Source: Armatimonadota bacterium
GTDB taxonomy: Bacteria; Armatimonadota; Fervidibacteria; Fervidibacterales; Fervidibacteraceae
NCBI GenBank assembly: GCA_026419315.1
Contig: JANZZQ010000001.1
Span: 1-33,296 of the forward strand
Reading direction: 5' to 3'
DNA length: 33,296 bases
Shown here: positions 28,189 through 33,296 of the stretch, piece by piece
Layout: each line of letters begins with the position of its first letter
Numbering within the stretch: position 1 is the stretch's first letter
Position numbers and translations under genes: made by a program
The notes under the pieces: generated by a model
What the model saw: only the letters and a program-made list of their open reading frames with translations
What the model was told of the DNA's origin: nothing
The model's database searches: none

Positions 28189-28215
28189 TTAGACCGACCG
28201 AAACACCCTTTGTTC
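28189..28215 (-). promoter_or_regulatory. Candidate sigmaE-type (ECF) promoter upstream of bamA
   Basis: GAACAA-N16-TCTAA on the minus strand; the -35 element overlaps the sigma gene stop codon. Confidence 0.4.
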
Positions 28216-28810
28216 ATCTTTCCAGAAAAGGGCGCAACTTTTTCCGAAGGGTTGACCTTGCCCTGAAAAGACGAGACTTAACCGCCTCAACGGAGCAACC
28301 TTGAATACGGGCGATCTCCTTGTAACTCAGCCCTTCAATGTCCCTCAGCACCAAAGTGACCCTTTGGTCCTCGGGCAATTCGTCAATGGCTTTTTGAATC
28401 GCTTCGGCGCGTTCCTTTTGCTCAAGTAAAGTCTCGGGCGAAAGTTTTGTGTCCTCCCACTCAAATGGTTCAACTTCCTCTTCCTCCTCATCGGTCTCCT
28501 CCAGGATTTCCCACTTGTGCTCCCGCTCCCTCTGCAATTGCTTGTATCGGTTTTTCGCCAAATTGACGGTTATGCGATAGAGCCAAGTAAAGACCTCAGC
28601 TTCCCCCCTGAAGCGGTCGTAGGCTTGATATGCGTGGATGAAAACCTCTTGCGCCAAGTCATGGGCTTCTTCCCTATCGCCCATCAACCTGAAAGCCAAG
28701 TTGAGCACCTTGTCATAGTATCTGTCAACGACTTCATCAAAGGGTGGCTTGTTTATTGAAACTGTCGATTGTGACAATGCTTTTTGGTTCCTTCGCACGA
28801 CCTTCACCAC
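28214..28810 (-). CDS. ECF-family sigma-70 factor (RpoE/SigW-like)
   Basis: Region 2 AHDLAQEVFIHAY...FRGEAEVFTWLYRITVN; region 4 LRDIEGLSYKEIA...VKSRLFRAR. Exact start uncertain. Confidence 0.93.
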   Translation of the reverse strand: MVKVVRRNQKALSQSTVSINKPPFDEVVDRYYDKVLNLAFRLMGDREEAHDLAQEVFIHAYQAYDRFRGEAEVFTWLYRITVNLAKNRYKQLQREREHKWEILEETDEEEEEVEPFEWEDTKLSPETLLEQKERAEAIQKAIDELPEDQRVTLVLRDIEGLSYKEIARIQGCSVEAVKSRLFRARSTLRKKLRPFLER

Positions 28811-28824
28811 GCTCCATGCCGGAA

Positions 28825-28851
28825 ATTGAGGTCAGAACCGCACAGAAGTTT
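28825..28851 (-). promoter_or_regulatory. Candidate sigmaE-type (ECF) promoter upstream of the sigma gene
   Basis: AAACTT-N16-TCAAT on the minus strand spanning the tamB stop codon. Confidence 0.3.
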
Positions 28852-31800
28852 GGATGCGAATTTCCGCTTGCTCCCGTTCTCGTTTGATGATGGTGATTGA
28901 TGCTCGCTTGCCCAAATAGTATTGCACTTCTAACGCAGAAGGGTCAGCGGGCGAAAATCCCTGCCTCCAAAGAACATGCAGGCGGGAAGCTATCGGGATA
29001 CCAAGCCTTAACCATTGCCTCCCTGTCGTCTGCTCCCGGACAACGCTCAACTCCGTCCAACGCAAGGCCTGCGCAATTGGTTCGGTCACCGGGGCGAGCA
29101 AGTTTCCCATAAAACTCTGGACGAAAGCGCTGGAAAAGAGCTGCTGCCAATTGGTCAAGGCATCCCCAAGTTGAGCCAAACCCAACCCGAACATGCGTTC
29201 TAAGGCTGTCTGTTCAGGCAGAGGCGGTATGGCTAACATGGTCACGCTGGGCAAAATCCCTAACCGCTGTGACTGTTCGTCAACCGGACCGGAGACAGTG
29301 AATAAAATTCGGTGAATGTCAAGCTGAGTTTCACCTTCAACCCTCATGCGAGCAGTCCCAAGCCACCGGCGAGTAAGCGGGTCAATTGCATAGGCAACCC
29401 GAACGCTCATGTCAGTAATTGTCAAGACCGATGCTGGTAGCCTCAAACTCCCCCTTTGACTTCTCAGTTCCCCTTCAATTCTCGGCTGAGATAGGTTACC
29501 AGCAAGCAGGAGTTCACCGTCTAAAAGCAGAGACGCTTGAGGGTTGCGCAAGAAGAACCTGTCACCAATTTCCAACCTCAAAGCGAGTTGCAAAGCTGGC
29601 GGAAGTTGCCACTTGCCGTCGCCCCCAGTTGTCACAACGGGCAATCTCAACACATCACCATCGTGAATTGTCAAGTTGCCTTTTATGGTCGGGGGTGCGT
29701 TCGCTTGTTCGGATTTCACCGCAAGGTGGCCTGAGAGTTTCCCTTTTGCCTCCTTGGTTTGCCACCGGAAACCATTAACCTGAAGTTGCAAATCCCATCT
29801 CCCGTCCGAAAGCCATTTCCAACCGCTTTGAGGGATTCGTTGCCACTGCACATTACCTCGTATCTCCAAACCATCGCCTTGGACCTGTTCAACGGAGAGG
29901 CCAAACCCTTTCTCGCTCAAATTCACCAACAACGCAGCAGTTCTCAAGTTCAGACTCGTCCCGTTCCATTCGGTCCTCGCATCCTGTATCTTGATTCTCA
30001 ACTCGCCCTTGTTTGCAAACAGGTTTTGCAATCCCCTTTCGCCGATTTCCAGCCACCCATTACCGATTACCGCTCCGCCCCCGAAATTGGCCTCAAGTTT
30101 TGCCAACCTCGCTGTCCGACCTTCGGCGACAATTTGGCAGCGCAGGTTTTGCAATTTTGTCAAGGGGTCAAGAGGTTTGGGGAGCGAATTGGATGAAACG
30201 AAGTCAATTTCGTCCGCAACCACCTCAATTAAACCTTTCAAACTCGGTTCTTTCCAACTTCCCTGCAGCAAGAGAGAGCCGCTCAACCATCCCCGTTCGA
30301 TTTGTAAAGGCAGGTCCGGCGGCAGTATAGCATCAAGGGGAGTCGGTGGCAGTTCGATCTGCCATCGCATTTGCCTTTTGCCTTTCAACTCTGACCAACC
30401 CCAGAACGAAGCCAGCGAGGCATCCGTTCGCCAACGAACGAGAGCATCACCTTTTTCAACCTTCAGCGTCCCATCCTTCACCTCAAATCGTCGAACGAAA
30501 ACTTGCCTTATTGTCCAACCTCGCCAGTATATTTCGTTGGCTTGCAATGTGCCCTCAACGACGGGGATTTCACGACTTCCAGCTAATTTCAATTGGGCGC
30601 TCAATGAGCCTTCGGGGATTGATTCGCTTTCCACCTCAACGCCGAAAAGGGCAAGCAAACTTGCCGACAACTCAGATGGGACTTGTTTCATCGTCAACTC
30701 GCCTGTTAACTTCCCGTCGTCGCCGATGGCGATGAAGCCAAAGGCGTTGGCGCTACCTTGCCTCAACTCGTTTAACTGAACAGTCCAGACTTTCCCTGAC
30801 CTTATGACGGTCAAGTTCGCTTGAGTCGGGGCATCACCTATGCCTCTCAAATTCGGGACGAAAACGTTTGCCTCTAAGCCAGCAATTTGGTTTTCGGAGA
30901 AAGTGGCCCTCCCTTCAGTCCAAACCTCTCCCCTCAAAGGTAATTTCGTCAACTGCTCAAAAGCATCAACTTTACCCTCGCTCTGTTGCTGCCACTCGTT
31001 CGCGACCTCGCGCAAAATGGCGATGGGGATGTTACCGCCGTGCCAACTCACCTGCCAATCAGGTTGTGACCCCTTGAACTCGGCGGTCACCGACATTCCG
31101 CCACGCCTCAAATTGACAATCCCTTTCGCTTCAATTGACTTTTTGCCTTTCCGCCCTTTTTGAATAACTGTCAAGTCAAACTTTGTCTCTCCCAATTCGG
31201 ACGATCCAAGCCTGACTTGATTTCCCTTCAAGGAAGCCGTCACCATCAGTTGCCCGCTTGTTTTGTTCACCCAAACTTGTGCGTCCGTTTGCCCGAACCA
31301 ACGCCAACTGCTCATTGGCAATTTCCATTCTCGGAGCAGTTGGGACAAATCAGTGAGAGCAAGTTTGTCTCCACGAATTGTCAAGTTGATGGGCAAGTCC
31401 GGTGAAGTCCCGATGACGCCCGTTGCCTCTAATGTCCCGTCACCCCACCTCGCCCTTGCCTGTTTAACTTGCACTGCTCCTCCTTGCCAGAACCATTGCC
31501 CCGAAACATCTTGCCAAATTGCGGACTCGCCAACTGCAATGGCTTGCGATTTAACTGCCCCGCTGGCTCGCCACTTCCCATCCCAGAGGATTTGCAAAGT
31601 CCCTTCAGCGAGCCCTTGCAACTGAATCGGCAGGTTAAACCTTCGGCTCAATCGCCTCAGCGATAACCCAGTCCACTTCCCTTGAAGCGAGACCAGCCCA
31701 ATACCTTGACGGAAAGCGAATTTGCCGTCTAACACCGCTTGACCGTCTTCCGAAAGGATGTGAATGCCTTTAATTGTCCCGTTCAATTGTTCCAAGTTGT

Positions 31801-33296
31801 TTTTTTCGTCAGTGACAAACTGTCCCTCTGCGCGACTCCCTGCTACCTTGACATTCCAACCTTGCCAACTTGCTTCCTCCACCAACACTGCACCTTCCCA
31901 TACGCCTTTCCACCTTTCGCCTCCTTTGCCCGTCTCAAACCTGAGCCAACCCGAGCCTTTGCCCGCTGGGTGGCTTTCGCCCAACTTCAAATCAAAAAAC
32001 CTTGACAATTGCGAAATGTCCAAGTTCGCGAAACTAAAATGGCTTTCCGCGCGATATGGGGACAAGTTGCCTTGCCAGCTTATCGTTCCACCTAAGATTT
32101 GAAGTTGAGGCAACTGGAAGTCACAAAACCAGCCTTTGTCCGTTCGTTCGGCAACGCTTTGCAGCTTGAAGCGTTCAATTTGCAACTCCCGTTTACCCGA
32201 TTTCAGCGTAAAACTTCGCCCGATCCCTTCACCAGCGATTTGTCGAAACAGCCATTGGTTGTTTTTCTGTTCCGCAGAAATCGTCATTGCCGTTAGTGTC
32301 AACTTTTGTCCGGTTGCATCCCAATTGTCGTTGCTCGCCTTCAGTCCAGATACGCTTCCAGCAACTGTTACCCGAAGTGTTAGAGGACCTTCAGGGCCTC
32401 TGGTGCTTCTTACCTTTAAGTCGTCCTGTTTTTCACTCGCAACTTCTCGTTGTAGGCTCGTTGCTGCGCTGATGGCTATTTCTCCATTGAACCGCCCCTC
32501 CGCAGAGAACCCCAAATCGCTTCGTTTCTTCAACCACCCCACTAACTCGCCGACATCGCTGTTTTGCAATCGGAGCAGGGCGTTGAGTGTGAACCCGTTT
32601 TCACCGCCGATGCTCAAATTCAATTGCCCACCACTCAATTCGCCACCTAAAGCTTGCGCTTTCAAATTGAACGCCTTGATTTCCGCTGCAGGCTTATCGG
32701 TTAGCGCAAATGCAAGTTCCAAGTCGGCGCTTCCATCGCGAATTTCAAATCCGTCAAATTCAACCTGTGGGACTTTAACAGAACCGAGCGCAATCAAGTT
32801 TCGCCCCTTCCCGTCCCAAGTGACGACCCACTCGCTGAACTTAACGCCATCAAACAACTGCCAAACCCTTCGTTTGGCCCCAGCGAGCGGTGTTGGAGTT
32901 TTAACTGTGGCTTCGTTGATGGTGGCGAGTGCTCCCCTCGGCGTCGCAAACAAACTCAACTTGTCAAGACCTGTTTGCCACCCAAGACCTTTCAGGTCAA
33001 TGACGCCCAAAGGTTCAGTCCAAGCCAATTGCGCTTGCCACTTGCTTCCCACCCCCATCGCGCCGATTTGAGTTTGACCGCCGCGAAGCAAATGGACGGG
33101 CAAGTTCCACTTCGCTTTCGCCCAAGCCATCAATCTCTCCATCGCACTTGACGAAATTTGACCTTGAACTTGCCAAATCGGCTCTTTTGAAACGGTTACT
33201 TGTCCGCTCAAAGCGGCAGTTGCATTTTTGTCAACGGTGACATTCAAACTTGAGAGCCTAAGTTTTGAGCCATCCATTTGGACCTGAGCGCTCAAC
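28832..33296 (-). CDS. tamB: TamB/AsmA-like translocation and assembly module protein, 5' end outside the window
   Basis: More than 1480 aa of beta-rich repeats (G.L.A.L.L.GS...P.V.G.L), DUF490-like C-terminus (LAGNLSQPRIEGEL...VQYYL...VRF); upstream of bamA. Confidence 0.8.
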   Translation of the reverse strand, partial: LSAQVQMDGSKLRLSSLNVTVDKNATAALSGQVTVSKEPIWQVQGQISSSAMERLMAWAKAKWNLPVHLLRGGQTQIGAMGVGSKWQAQLAWTEPLGVIDLKGLGWQTGLDKLSLFATPRGALATINEATVKTPTPLAGAKRRVWQLFDGVKFSEWVVTWDGKGRNLIALGSVKVPQVEFDGFEIRDGSADLELAFALTDKPAAEIKAFNLKAQALGGELSGGQLNLSIGGENGFTLNALLRLQNSDVGELVGWLKKRSDLGFSAEGRFNGEIAISAATSLQREVASEKQDDLKVRSTRGPEGPLTLRVTVAGSVSGLKASNDNWDATGQKLTLTAMTISAEQKNNQWLFRQIAGEGIGRSFTLKSGKRELQIERFKLQSVAERTDKGWFCDFQLPQLQILGGTISWQGNLSPYRAESHFSFANLDISQLSRFFDLKLGESHPAGKGSGWLRFETGKGGERWKGVWEGAVLVEEASWQGWNVKVAGSRAEGQFVTDEKNNLEQLNGTIKGIHILSEDGQAVLDGKFAFRQGIGLVSLQGKWTGLSLRRLSRRFNLPIQLQGLAEGTLQILWDGKWRASGAVKSQAIAVGESAIWQDVSGQWFWQGGAVQVKQARARWGDGTLEATGVIGTSPDLPINLTIRGDKLALTDLSQLLREWKLPMSSWRWFGQTDAQVWVNKTSGQLMVTASLKGNQVRLGSSELGETKFDLTVIQKGRKGKKSIEAKGIVNLRRGGMSVTAEFKGSQPDWQVSWHGGNIPIAILREVANEWQQQSEGKVDAFEQLTKLPLRGEVWTEGRATFSENQIAGLEANVFVPNLRGIGDAPTQANLTVIRSGKVWTVQLNELRQGSANAFGFIAIGDDGKLTGELTMKQVPSELSASLLALFGVEVESESIPEGSLSAQLKLAGSREIPVVEGTLQANEIYWRGWTIRQVFVRRFEVKDGTLKVEKGDALVRWRTDASLASFWGWSELKGKRQMRWQIELPPTPLDAILPPDLPLQIERGWLSGSLLLQGSWKEPSLKGLIEVVADEIDFVSSNSLPKPLDPLTKLQNLRCQIVAEGRTARLAKLEANFGGGAVIGNGWLEIGERGLQNLFANKGELRIKIQDARTEWNGTSLNLRTAALLVNLSEKGFGLSVEQVQGDGLEIRGNVQWQRIPQSGWKWLSDGRWDLQLQVNGFRWQTKEAKGKLSGHLAVKSEQANAPPTIKGNLTIHDGDVLRLPVVTTGGDGKWQLPPALQLALRLEIGDRFFLRNPQASLLLDGELLLAGNLSQPRIEGELRSQRGSLRLPASVLTITDMSVRVAYAIDPLTRRWLGTARMRVEGETQLDIHRILFTVSGPVDEQSQRLGILPSVTMLAIPPLPEQTALERMFGLGLAQLGDALTNWQQLFSSAFVQSFMGNLLAPVTEPIAQALRWTELSVVREQTTGRQWLRLGIPIASRLHVLWRQGFSPADPSALEVQYYLGKRASITIIKREREQAEIRIQTSVRF

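Noticed and set aside
20233-33071. Other long antisense ORFs (20233..20991, 21701..22333, 29991..30779, 32136..33071)
   Set aside because: They lie opposite well-supported genes and have shadow-like composition.
1-33296. Genome-wide TGA reassignment (genetic code 4 or 25)
   Set aside because: Many intact genes here end in TGA at their expected C-termini (galT, the large kinase, purF, hemA, bamA, tamB) and Trp is encoded by TGG.
1-33296. CRISPR array, IS element, prophage or defence genes
   Set aside because: No regularly spaced repeats and no transposase, integrase or phage motifs seen.

Overview
Gene-dense bacterial chromosome segment with no mobile element, CRISPR array, rRNA or tRNA that I can detect. 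Left: a sugar-nucleotide and signalling block (galT-like, large soluble PAS/GAF kinase, single-domain response regulator, glgC, two more soluble kinases, a TIM-barrel isomerase, a G1P nucleotidyltransferase). The rest is a minus-strand run: tamB - ECF sigma - bamA (3 POTRA) - three Skp/OmpH-like genes - lpxD - unknown exported protein - cinA - hemA - two TlpA/ResA-like redoxins - HemX/CcsA-family - ispH - purF - FecR-domain - cysK. The outer-membrane gene order suggests a diderm Terrabacteria lineage such as Armatimonadota (inference only). Main hidden signal: both redoxin genes are split by the ORF caller at an in-frame TGA lying exactly at the first Cys of the CxxC motif (W-U-G-P-C and W-U-F-E-C). 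Each TGA is followed 10 nt later by the same 7-bp hairpin, so they read as two exported selenoproteins inside a heme/cytochrome c locus, one translationally coupled to hemA.
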